A stretch of DNA of 64,000 nucleotides from Minisyncoccota bacterium (lineage in GTDB: Bacteria > Patescibacteriota > Minisyncoccia > Phycocordibacterales > PALSA-1337), in contig JBAZBL010000003.1 in NCBI GenBank assembly GCA_041671485.1, positions 25,412-89,411 on the forward strand, in the 5' to 3' direction. A program made the position numbers and the translations under genes. The notes under the pieces are model-generated. The model did no database searches, was not told the origin of the DNA, and saw only the letters and a program-made list of their open reading frames with translations. This document shows, piece by piece, positions 31,335-40,550 of this stretch (positions are counted from its first letter, which is position 1; each line of letters opens with the position of its first letter).

Positions 31335-31715
31335 ATGAATGAAATATCTGCGCAGATACCTGATGCAACATACTACAAGGTATGTATGTTTGGCACAGCG
31401 TTTGATGACAATTACGCTGGAGAATTGCGAAGTGCACATTTTGTGGAAAATGAGCTCCACGTAATCTTTCATTTTGTAACAAGGATACATAAGAGAGGTG
31501 ACCCTCCAAAGTGGCAGGTTGATGATAAGGGTAAGGTTATATGTGATTATGAGATCATCTTTGAGGGTTGTGTGGTCTTGGAAAATAATGGTATAGACCG
31601 CATCAAAGTCAAATCTACACAGGGAGATGTTGTAACCCTTTCCTCTACGAAACAAGACATTGCGATTGTCCACGAATTGATCGAGAATGCACTTGAGATC
31701 ATACGCAGTCGTTAG
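31335..31715 (+). CDS. Hypothetical protein
   Basis: 126-aa ORF followed by a terminator-like hairpin. Confidence 0.55.
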   Translation: MNEISAQIPDATYYKVCMFGTAFDDNYAGELRSAHFVENELHVIFHFVTRIHKRGDPPKWQVDDKGKVICDYEIIFEGCVVLENNGIDRIKVKSTQGDVVTLSSTKQDIAIVHELIENALEIIRSR

Positions 31716-31716
31716 C

Positions 31717-31755
31717 AAAGCCACGTCTATTCAATTTCACTGACGTGGCTCTTTT
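31717..31755. terminator. Bidirectional terminator between convergent genes
   Basis: AGCCACGTC / GACGTGGCT stem with A/T flanks. Confidence 0.6.
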
Positions 31756-32560
31756 ATTTGGAAACTATTACTACAAATTCACCGCGGACTTTATCGGAAT
31801 TCAATTCAAAATATTTCACAACTTCATCTACCGAACCACTGACTACTTCTTCGAATATTTTTGTAAGTTCTCTGCATACAGTTATTTTCATCGATTTTTG
31901 AATATCTTCATAGTATGCATGGCAACAGTCTCGTAACGAAGCCGACACCCCCCGACGAGACTTAACAGCGTGGTGCGATGCGTCTCGGAGGGGGGTAGTC
32001 GGCGAAGTTATCGAGATTGTTGCCAATGACTTCAGCGTCTTCAATATCCTATGTGGTGATTCGTAGAAAATCATGGTTCGTTTTGATGCAATAATTTCTT
32101 TTAGCAAAGTCTCTTTCCCCTTCTTATGAGGCAAAAATCCCAAGAAGGTGAAATCATTGTGAGATATTCCTGCAATAGAAAAAGCAGAGATGAGAGCAGA
32201 TGGACCAGGAATAGATTCTATTTTCAATTCATTTTCTTCTATCTCTTTTGCACATTCTTTCCTGATCCTCGCTACAAGCTCCGAACCAGGATCAGATATA
32301 CATGGTGTACCTGCGTCAGAGACAAGAGCAAGATTTTTGCCAGATTTCAAAAGTCCTATTATCTCCTCTACTCGCGAAAGTCTACTATGCATATGATATG
32401 AAAGTGTATGTGTTTTGATCTCATATTTATCGAGAAGTTTGCGTGTGACTCTGGTATCTTCGCACAATATCAAGTCCACATTCTTGAGTACTTCAATAGC
32501 CCGAAGTGTGATATCACCGAGATTGCCAATTGGAGTGCCAACGACAGATAAAGTAGACAT
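31754..32560 (-). CDS. rsmI: 16S rRNA (cytidine1402-2'-O)-methyltransferase with a ~35-aa palindromic insert
   Basis: GTPIGNLGDIT.RA, CEDTR, SDAGTP.ISDPG, FYESPHR, RELTK.FEE. Confidence 0.93.
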   Translation of the reverse strand: MSTLSVVGTPIGNLGDITLRAIEVLKNVDLILCEDTRVTRKLLDKYEIKTHTLSYHMHSRLSRVEEIIGLLKSGKNLALVSDAGTPCISDPGSELVARIRKECAKEIEENELKIESIPGPSALISAFSIAGISHNDFTFLGFLPHKKGKETLLKEIIASKRTMIFYESPHRILKTLKSLATISITSPTTPLRDASHHAVKSRRGVSASLRDCCHAYYEDIQKSMKITVCRELTKIFEEVVSGSVDEVVKYFELNSDKVRGEFVVIVSK

Positions 32561-32601
32561 AATAAAATGTTATTTAATTCGTTTAATAAAATTACTTTCA
32601 T

Positions 32602-33141
32602 CTACTCCTGATGAATGATATTTGTCAAAATAGCGTATTCATCCTTTTCCTTGACTTCATTATCTTTCCAATAATCTGTAAGATTATTCCGGATTTCCTG
32701 CCCCATCATTCTTTGTTGAATCCATTTTTGACTTCGTCCCATTCCCTGCCAATAATGTCTACTACGATTGAGCGCCTTTTCTGGGTCGTTTATTTCTTCG
32801 ATTCTTTCATAACCCACTTTCGCCAACCACAATTTGAACGGCTCAGCTTTTGGTGATGGGATTGACTGGATTACACGAAACATCGTCTCCGTATCAGCCG
32901 CATCTGTTAGATAAAATTTACCATCCGCAGCTCGCATTTTCAGTTGGTTACATTTTGTAACCACCTCACTTCCTTCTTGTTTTAAGCGGTTTTTCAACAC
33001 TTTCCAATAATTTCTCGGATTTTCACTAGCATTGAGCGCACCAACCACATCAACCACCGAAAAATACCATAACTCTTTTTCCTCATCCCAAATCCTGCGT
33101 ATTTTTTTGCCTTCGAATATGGCTAACTTATTTGATTTCAT
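32602..33141 (-). CDS. BRO-N domain (antirepressor-like) protein, possibly C-terminally truncated
   Basis: IRRIWD...WYFSVVDVV, RNYWKVLK.RL, IQSIPSPKAEPFKLWLA; start placed at ATG 33141 by a leaderless -10 box. Confidence 0.75.
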   Translation of the reverse strand: MKSNKLAIFEGKKIRRIWDEEKELWYFSVVDVVGALNASENPRNYWKVLKNRLKQEGSEVVTKCNQLKMRAADGKFYLTDAADTETMFRVIQSIPSPKAEPFKLWLAKVGYERIEEINDPEKALNRSRHYWQGMGRSQKWIQQRMMGQEIRNNLTDYWKDNEVKEKDEYAILTNIIHQE

Positions 33142-33230
33142 GATTACCACTCTACCATACTCTTCACATCCATCAACTGAAATTTAACAATCATTTTACA
33201 TTTATCCATTTAGACACTAATATAGGTACT

Positions 33231-34460
33231 ATGTCTGCAAACGAACCAACAAACCGTATCGTTTATGTAACCCGCGACATCGAACGCGCTTTGGGTGTTT
33301 TGCCAAATGATAACTATATGATTGTCTCAAATAAGACTTCATACTCCGAAAAGATATTGAAAAATTTGAATAATACAAACAATTCGATTGGAAACAATAT
33401 TCTTTTAATTGAAAATGCGACCATTCTTGACACTGCAGAACTATTAGAACAGAACAAGGTACGAGATTATATCAATCAGAACGATTCTACAGTTTTGGTT
33501 TTTAAGAATACTTCGCTGATTGAAGATATCGTCAAAAAGAATGGCTGGAATTTACTCAATCCTCCATCCACATTAGCGGAAAAATATGAGAATAAGATCA
33601 CACAAGTCGAATGGCTCGGAGAATTGGCGAAATATTTACCACCACACTCTATTTCACTTGCTAAAAATTTGAAATGGTCCGACCAACCTATTGTCGTCCA
33701 GTGGGCGCACGGACATACAGGAGATGGAACTATTCTTGTAAATTCTCAAAAGGAACTTGATACCATTCAAGCAAAGTTTCCAGAAAGGTTGGCTCGAGCC
33801 ACAACTTTTATCAACGGACCTTCATTTACCGTTAATATGGTAGTGGCACCAAATACTATCTTAATTGGAAATATTAGTTATCAGATAACAGGTCTCCCAC
33901 CATTTACAGATAACCGATTCAGCACGATTGGTAATGATTGGGGGAAAATCGTACCAGCGTTACTCAATAAATCAGAGGTTGAATATATCCATCAAATAGC
34001 GCGAGAAATTGGTGAAAAAATGCACAAGGATGGTTGGAAAGGACTTTTTGGTATTGATATTATCAAAGAAGAAAAGACTGGTAAAATCTTTCTAATAGAG
34101 ATAAATGCTAGACAACCAGCTTCGACGACTTTTGAATCACAGTTGCAATCAAGATACGGAGGTCAGACCTCCGTATTCGAAGCACATTTACTTGCTTTGC
34201 AAGATATACAAATAGAAAGACCCATAATTGAGATCGAGGAGGGCGCGCAGATAATTCAAAGGGTTACAAAAGATATTACAAATATTTCAAAGAGTGTGAT
34301 CGACTCTCTGGAATCATCCGGATACAATGTTATTGCATATTCAAATACAGAGATAAATTCAGATCTTGTCAGGATACATAGTAATAAAGGGATAATCTCT
34401 AAACACAATCAATTTAATGAAGCGGGTGAGAAAATCAGAGCTTGCATTATTGGAAAATAA
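33231..34460 (+). CDS. ATP-grasp ligase
   Basis: ENK, GHTGDGT, GLFGID, LIEINAR motifs. Confidence 0.8.
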   Translation: MSANEPTNRIVYVTRDIERALGVLPNDNYMIVSNKTSYSEKILKNLNNTNNSIGNNILLIENATILDTAELLEQNKVRDYINQNDSTVLVFKNTSLIEDIVKKNGWNLLNPPSTLAEKYENKITQVEWLGELAKYLPPHSISLAKNLKWSDQPIVVQWAHGHTGDGTILVNSQKELDTIQAKFPERLARATTFINGPSFTVNMVVAPNTILIGNISYQITGLPPFTDNRFSTIGNDWGKIVPALLNKSEVEYIHQIAREIGEKMHKDGWKGLFGIDIIKEEKTGKIFLIEINARQPASTTFESQLQSRYGGQTSVFEAHLLALQDIQIERPIIEIEEGAQIIQRVTKDITNISKSVIDSLESSGYNVIAYSNTEINSDLVRIHSNKGIISKHNQFNEAGEKIRACIIGK

Positions 34461-34492
34461 TCTGATAAAGAATTAATATAGTACCAACCACC

Positions 34493-35290
34493 ATGAACAC
34501 CAAAACGCTCTCATCTCGCGCCCTATCTGTTATTGATCAATATCGCCATTTCGCTGTAGGTAGTGCAGTGTGTAATGTTCCATATTTCAATAATAAAGCC
34601 TCTCGCGCACGAGCAACTCTCCGCACATACGGTGGCAAAGGAAGTCCAAAAGATATTTTTGAAGAAGTTCAAGGACTAATGATAAAGAGTCATATTTCTC
34701 CAAGTCTTTTGAATGATGAAGCATTGAAGAAAATGCTAGTAGAAAATAATATTGGTATAGATTGTTCTGGCTTTGCATACTATGTTCTAAATGCAGAAAA
34801 TGAAGAGCGTGGCTATGGATCGCTCGATAAACATATTCATTTTACCAGTTGCAAAGGAATAGTTGGCAAGATACGATGTCACTTTCGACCAGTAGAGAAT
34901 TGTGATGTGGCAACATTTGCAAATGATAAAAATAGTCGAATAATTGCTATAAAAGAAATACAAGTTGGAGATGTGATAACAATGCTTGCAAAAATAGATT
35001 CCAATAGTGATACCCAGATCCGCAACACTGAACGTGATCATATTCTAATCATTCATCAGGTTGATTATCAAAATTTTGTGCCAATAAAGATTTATTATAG
35101 TCACACAGTTGCATATCCAGAAGATGGTCTATATGGAACAGGCGTGAAGCAAGGTAGTATAGAAATACTCGATTTAAACAAATCAATTACCGAACAGAGT
35201 TGGAGTGAAAATGAAAGTGATACAAACAATCGCATCTTCAATAGAGCTCAAATATCAAATACAGAAGTTAGGAGAGTGATAAAGGATTGA
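34493..35290 (+). CDS. NlpC/P60-like cysteine peptidase/amidase
   Basis: GIDCSGF catalytic Cys motif, GD and downstream HILII. Confidence 0.6.
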   Translation: MNTKTLSSRALSVIDQYRHFAVGSAVCNVPYFNNKASRARATLRTYGGKGSPKDIFEEVQGLMIKSHISPSLLNDEALKKMLVENNIGIDCSGFAYYVLNAENEERGYGSLDKHIHFTSCKGIVGKIRCHFRPVENCDVATFANDKNSRIIAIKEIQVGDVITMLAKIDSNSDTQIRNTERDHILIIHQVDYQNFVPIKIYYSHTVAYPEDGLYGTGVKQGSIEILDLNKSITEQSWSENESDTNNRIFNRAQISNTEVRRVIKD

Positions 35291-35296
35291 TACAAA

Positions 35297-35472
35297 TCAG
35301 GAAAAGGTTATGTCATTTCGTGAATCGAGTACTGTCCGAGCGTAGTCATTCGACTAGTATTTCCCAAAAGATGAGGCCGTTTATGTCCGAGAGGCCGAGT
35401 CTTTTGTGGAAATACAGGAGAATGACGCAAGCGAGTTACGCAGATTCACGAAATGACATAACCTTTTCCTGA
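35297..35472. repeat. Long nested palindromic element, family 1 copy C
   Basis: Perfect 30-bp terminal inverted repeat (35297-35326 / 35443-35472); loop motifs shared with copy B. Confidence 0.9.
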
Positions 35473-35529
35473 GACTCATTCAAGGTTCTATAATCGCCAA
35501 AAACAGCTTTTTATGGTATCCTTTTTGTC

Positions 35530-36657
35530 ATGTTAACATTCCTGCAAGGAACTGCCGATCTGGCCTATATCCTCGGTTTTGCGATTATTGGGGCTGTCGT
35601 AGCTTTTGCTTGGGCACCACTCCTCACCAAATTCCTATATCAATTCAAGATCGTAAAAGGAGCAAAAGTTGAGCTTTCAAATCTCGGCTCTCATGCTTAC
35701 AAAGCTCAAACTCCTGTAATGGGTGGTTTACTAGTCATAATAACAACAGCAGTTGTAACTTATACTCTCAATTGGTCAAGAGGTTTCACTTGGGTACCAG
35801 TAGGTATCATGATTATGGCAGCACTTTTGGGATTTATTGATGATCTCATGAATGTATACGGTGCAGAGCGCCGTTCGCGCAAACTATCTCATATTTGGAA
35901 CTTGATACGTATTCACAAAGACTTTCGAATGCGTGTCTGGTATTTTATTACATTACCGTGGACTGCTTTCAAGCGCATTTCTGTTTGGTTCGGTTCGCGC
36001 ACTAGACGTGGAGTATTTGTACACGAGAAATTGATACTACAATTCATCGCAGGAACGATAGCCGCATATTGGATATATTCCAAGCTCGGACCTGCTTGGC
36101 ACTATGTCTATTTCCCATTCGGGTTCGAATGGTTGGCAGGCTGGATAATCGTACCAATAATGATCTTTGTAATCATGTTCACAGCAAATGCAGTAAATAT
36201 TGCAGATGGTATGGATGGTCTGGCTGGTGGAATGTTGATCACCACTTTCAGCGCTTTAACATTTTTGAGCTGGATCAATGGCTTCGGAGAAATTGCAATC
36301 CTAAATGCCACCCTCGTAGGCGCCTTGGCTGTTTATACATATTTCAATATCAAACCTGCACGATTTATGATGGGTGATGTTGGCTCTTTAGGCTTGGGAG
36401 CTTTGCTTGCGGTCAATGCACTTGCAATAGGTGAAATGCCATCTCTCATTTTCCTCGGCTTTATGTTCTATGTAGAAGCAGGATCAGTAGTCATACAAGT
36501 GATATCTAGATATTTATTTGGCAAGAGGATATTTGCTATGGCTCCTCTTCATCACCATTTTGAGATCAGAGGATGGAGTGAAGAGAAGACTGTTATGCGT
36601 TTTTGGGTTGTTCACTTTATCTTCGTAGTATTTGGTTTTTGGTTGGCATTACATTGA
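35530..36657 (+). CDS. mraY: Phospho-N-acetylmuramoyl-pentapeptide transferase
   Basis: TPVMGG, GFIDD, NAVNIADGMDGL, MGDVGSL, MAPLHHHFE..GWSE. Confidence 0.93.
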   Translation: MLTFLQGTADLAYILGFAIIGAVVAFAWAPLLTKFLYQFKIVKGAKVELSNLGSHAYKAQTPVMGGLLVIITTAVVTYTLNWSRGFTWVPVGIMIMAALLGFIDDLMNVYGAERRSRKLSHIWNLIRIHKDFRMRVWYFITLPWTAFKRISVWFGSRTRRGVFVHEKLILQFIAGTIAAYWIYSKLGPAWHYVYFPFGFEWLAGWIIVPIMIFVIMFTANAVNIADGMDGLAGGMLITTFSALTFLSWINGFGEIAILNATLVGALAVYTYFNIKPARFMMGDVGSLGLGALLAVNALAIGEMPSLIFLGFMFYVEAGSVVIQVISRYLFGKRIFAMAPLHHHFEIRGWSEEKTVMRFWVVHFIFVVFGFWLALH

Positions 36658-37310
36658 TGAAATATTTGAAATGGGATGAAAAAACAATAACTGATTTCTC
36701 TACAGAGAATATAGATGTCATGTATGACAATGGCTATCTATTTACTCGTCTAGGCAAAGGTATTATGCATGAGACGAGAGGCGTTAGGATTGATCTGGAG
36801 AAATTTGAAAAAAGTAGTGAAAACCGCAGAATATTAAGAAAGATTCAGAATATAAATTTCAAGGTGAATAATTTACCTATGAAAGACTATGATTGGAAAA
36901 TATCCAAGTTGGCCAAAGACTTTTATGATTTGAAATTTGGGCCAGATATTATGAGTGCACAGAAGGTAAAAGAGATGCTCTCTAATGATTCAAAAAGTAA
37001 TTTCAATACTTTATTGGAATATTCAATAGATTCAGAAAAGGTCGGATATGCAATATGCTATCAAGATGATGCAATCATTCACTATAGCTACCCATTCTAT
37101 GATATAGAGTCTGCAATAAAAGATATGGGTTTGTGGATGATGATAAATGCAATAATATACGCAAAAGATTCTAGGAAAAGATACATATATCTCGGTTCAC
37201 TTCAAAGACCAAATGATACTTATAAACTCCAATTCAAGGGCCTACAATGGTTCGATGGCAAAGAGTGGTCAGATGATATAGAAAAAGTAAAAATACTGCT
37301 TAAAAAATAA
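36657..37310 (+). CDS. Arginyl/leucyl-tRNA-protein transferase-like (ATE/Bpt fold) aminoacyltransferase
   Basis: RIDLEKFEKSSENRRILRK, YPFYD, MG..M...I..AK, YIYLGS, YK..F; ATG overlaps the mraY stop (TGATG). Confidence 0.65.
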   Translation: MKYLKWDEKTITDFSTENIDVMYDNGYLFTRLGKGIMHETRGVRIDLEKFEKSSENRRILRKIQNINFKVNNLPMKDYDWKISKLAKDFYDLKFGPDIMSAQKVKEMLSNDSKSNFNTLLEYSIDSEKVGYAICYQDDAIIHYSYPFYDIESAIKDMGLWMMINAIIYAKDSRKRYIYLGSLQRPNDTYKLQFKGLQWFDGKEWSDDIEKVKILLKK

Positions 37311-37378
37311 CTTAGAACACAATATTTTCATGTCTACAATATTGCAAGAATATATTTTTTAGTGATAAAATTATCCCT

Positions 37379-37774
37379 ATGAAAGCAAAGCAATCAAAAA
37401 AGAAAATACCGATCAAGAGTAGGTTTGTAACAGAAGGATTTGTCCATGAAGAGGTGGATAGTCTTGCTCGTATGTCGGCAGTGCAATTCACGTCTATAGA
37501 TAATAGATTTGATGGGATTTATAAAAGACTTGATAATGTAGAATGCCGACTAGATGGAGTCGAACAAGGACTTGGTAATTTGAGTTTAGAATTGATGAAT
37601 TTCAAAAAGGAGGTCTATATACAGTTCTCCCACCTAAGAGAAGACATGAAATATATGAAAGATATGCAAGAAAAGGGACAAATGGAAATACGAGCTTTGA
37701 TAGTATTCATGAAAGGTCATGAATCCAGAATCTCAAATCTAGAAGACAAGGTCACTGTATTAGAAAGAGTTTAG
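37379..37774 (+). CDS. Coiled-coil hypothetical protein
   Basis: Heptad repeats IDNRFDG/IYKRLDN/VECRLDG; promoter TTGCAA-18-TAAAAT. Confidence 0.7.
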   Translation: MKAKQSKKKIPIKSRFVTEGFVHEEVDSLARMSAVQFTSIDNRFDGIYKRLDNVECRLDGVEQGLGNLSLELMNFKKEVYIQFSHLREDMKYMKDMQEKGQMEIRALIVFMKGHESRISNLEDKVTVLERV

Positions 37775-37775
37775 T

Positions 37776-39191
37776 ATGGCTTCTCAATCACAAAATCTTC
37801 CAGGCCGAGTCCATATCATCGGTATATGTGGTGTAGCCACAAGCGCACTCGCAATTGCACTTCATAACAAAGGCGTGAAGGTTACTGGTAGTGATAAAGG
37901 ATTCTTCCCTCCTATTTCAACAGAATTAGAAAATAAAGGAATATCATTTTATGCTGGTTGGCATACAGAGAAAATGATAGAGAATGGAAATCCAGACATA
38001 GTCATTGTTGGTGGTAGTGGTACTAGTCCCAACAATCCAGAAACAATAAATGCAAAAGAGTTGGGCATACCAGTTATTTCATTTGCAGAAGCATTGGCAA
38101 AATATATTATAAAGAAAAATTCGATAGTTGTTGTTGGAACATGGGGCAAAACAACTTCATCAGCATTGTTGTCTTTTATTCTTGGAAATACCGAGATAAA
38201 ACCGAGCTATTTCACCGGCGGACTTTCCCTATCACATGATACTGGTCTCATCACTGATTCTGACTGGTCTGTAGTCGAGGGAGATGAATATCAGATTTCT
38301 ATTTCTGATAGAAGACCCAAATTCGATTTATTCTCGCCAACTCATTTATTATTAACATCTGTATCATGGGATCATGCAGATCTGTATCCGACAGAAAAGG
38401 ATTACTTTAATACATTCGAAAAACTTGTAAGACAAATTCCAGATTCTGGGATCGTAGTTGCTTGCATAGACAATGCTGGTGTAAATAAAATTTTGGCCAA
38501 TGCCAAAACAAAAGTAATTACATATGGAGAAAATCCTTCTTCAGATTTCAGATTGCATTCAATAGAACATACAAAGAAAGGATTGAGATTCAAAATTGAT
38601 CAACAAAATACTTCTTATGAAATAGTGTCCCCCATGCTCGGACGATTCAATGCAGAAAATATCACTGGGGCTTTTGCTATGGCAGTATCTATTGATATAG
38701 ATCCAAAAGAAATCATAAAAAGTATTGGTGAATTCAAAGGCATAAAAAGGCGATTTGAAAAGAGATTGGATGGAGATATAACAGTTCTAGACTGTCATGC
38801 ACCAACTCCAGAGAAAGCAAGTTCAGTACTTACAAGTATCCGTGAAGTCTATGATGCCAAAATTATCGCTGTTTATGAACCAAACATTGGTGGCAGACAA
38901 AGGGATTCTATAAAAGCATACAATAATGCTTTCAAAGATGCTGACTCTGTCTTGATTCCACGTCTCACAAAACTAAAAGTTGACCCTACAAATCCGAATA
39001 AACCACTTGAAGGAGAAGAATTGGCTAGCACCATGTCTTATACTCATGCAAATACAAAATACATTGACGATGATGAAATATTGATTCAATCACTCAAATC
39101 ACAATCAGAAAAAGGTGATGTTATCGTATTCTTGGGATCTCATGGTTTCCGTGGGATGATCGAAACTATTGTGAAGATACTAAGTAATTAA
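37776..39191 (+). CDS. Mur ligase (MurC/Mpl-like), divergent
   Basis: HIIGICG, GTWGKTTS, EGDEY, DHAD, RRFE; DCHAPTP in place of the usual D.AH(H/N)P. Confidence 0.85.
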   Translation: MASQSQNLPGRVHIIGICGVATSALAIALHNKGVKVTGSDKGFFPPISTELENKGISFYAGWHTEKMIENGNPDIVIVGGSGTSPNNPETINAKELGIPVISFAEALAKYIIKKNSIVVVGTWGKTTSSALLSFILGNTEIKPSYFTGGLSLSHDTGLITDSDWSVVEGDEYQISISDRRPKFDLFSPTHLLLTSVSWDHADLYPTEKDYFNTFEKLVRQIPDSGIVVACIDNAGVNKILANAKTKVITYGENPSSDFRLHSIEHTKKGLRFKIDQQNTSYEIVSPMLGRFNAENITGAFAMAVSIDIDPKEIIKSIGEFKGIKRRFEKRLDGDITVLDCHAPTPEKASSVLTSIREVYDAKIIAVYEPNIGGRQRDSIKAYNNAFKDADSVLIPRLTKLKVDPTNPNKPLEGEELASTMSYTHANTKYIDDDEILIQSLKSQSEKGDVIVFLGSHGFRGMIETIVKILSN

Positions 39192-39204
39192 GATCAGTTT
39201 TCAA

Positions 39205-39359
39205 AAAAGCCCAACGAAATATACTCTCGAGCTGACACGCAATGCAATGTGAGCCATGAACAAATTGCCCATATTTGCTGAATCCTTGTAAGCAAATATG
39301 GTTGCAATTTGGAATGGCGACCTTGCGTGGAGGCGAGAGAGATATTTCGTCGGGCTTTT
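39205..39359. repeat. Long palindromic element, family 2 copy D
   Basis: Nested inverted repeats; near-identical core to 57181-57335. Confidence 0.9.
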
Positions 39360-39367
39360 AATATAAA

Positions 39368-39550
39368 TCACTTCCCTTCATCAACAATATCAGTCTTGAT
39401 TTCGCCACTATCGGTAATATCCTTTACAAGAAGTGTCATACCACAATGATCACATTCTATAACCATACCTTGTGCAAGATTTGGATATCTAGACAAATTG
39501 ACAGTGTTTTTGCATTCTGGACAAATTAGCAATGAATTTTCGCTTTTCAT
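39368..39550 (-). CDS. LysW-like zinc-ribbon small protein
   Basis: CPEC...VIECDHCGMTLLV; acidic C-terminus ending DEGK. Confidence 0.7.
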   Translation of the reverse strand: MKSENSLLICPECKNTVNLSRYPNLAQGMVIECDHCGMTLLVKDITDSGEIKTDIVDEGK

Positions 39551-39646
39551 ATTTTGATGTATTGGCATATATTTATAACTCTGACCTATCGAATTAGCTG
39601 TCGATAATGCCTTTTAATAATAGCGAGAAAAGTGTAATATTGCAAT

Positions 39647-40525
39647 ATGATTACTCCGTATCAAAAATATGAAAAATTGGCGCAAGCAATCGGCTTTTCA
39701 GGAAATCTTTACTTCAAACGCGAAGATCTGCATCCCCTAGGATCTCATAAAGGTAGATCAATACCTTTTATGATTGACCATTATCTTAAAAGTGGTGATA
39801 GACATTTTGCAATCTCTTCATCTGGTAATGCAGGTTTAGCAGCAACATTATATGTGAAAGAAATCAATGCAAAGAATTTAGATGCTCCAATCAAGCTCGA
39901 TATATTTGTTGGGAATAATATAGAAAGAGATAAATTGGAAAAGTTGAATAATCTTATTGATGAGAATATCAAGATATCCAAAATAGATCGTCCACTTCAG
40001 GCTCTAACTGAAGCAGCAAAGAGTGGTGCTAGAAGTTTACGTCAATCAACAGATGATATTGCCCTTATCGGTTATCAATCTTTAGCAGAAGAAATATCGA
40101 GCATTAGTAATATTGGTGCGGTCTTTATTGGCACTTCTTCTGGCACAACTGCACAATCTTTGGCTCAAAACTTTTCTGATAATAAATTACCAATTCAAGT
40201 TCATATCGTTCAAACTTCTTCTTGTCATCCGATTATAGATTCATTTGGGCCTTTTGATACTTCAAAAGAGAGATCTGTCGCTGATGCCATAGTCGATATA
40301 GTAGCAAATCGGAAAGACGTACTAGTATCACTTATCCAAAGAGCTGGTGGGAATGGATGGTTAGCTACAAATGACGATATTCACTCTGCAATACAACTAG
40401 CAAAAGAAAATACTGGAATAGAAATATCTACAAATAGTGCATTATCTATAGTCGGTGCAATGAAAGCAGTAAAGACAAAACATCCTATAAATGGAGCTAT
40501 TGTATGCCTGATTTGTGGTGATTGA
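39647..40525 (+). CDS. Fold-type II PLP enzyme (threonine/cysteine synthase-like)
   Basis: KREDLHPLGSHKGR (PLP Lys), SSSGNAG, GTSSGTT. Confidence 0.82.
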   Translation: MITPYQKYEKLAQAIGFSGNLYFKREDLHPLGSHKGRSIPFMIDHYLKSGDRHFAISSSGNAGLAATLYVKEINAKNLDAPIKLDIFVGNNIERDKLEKLNNLIDENIKISKIDRPLQALTEAAKSGARSLRQSTDDIALIGYQSLAEEISSISNIGAVFIGTSSGTTAQSLAQNFSDNKLPIQVHIVQTSSCHPIIDSFGPFDTSKERSVADAIVDIVANRKDVLVSLIQRAGGNGWLATNDDIHSAIQLAKENTGIEISTNSALSIVGAMKAVKTKHPINGAIVCLICGD

Positions 40526-40550
40526 TAATATGTGGCAGTCATTTTATAAA

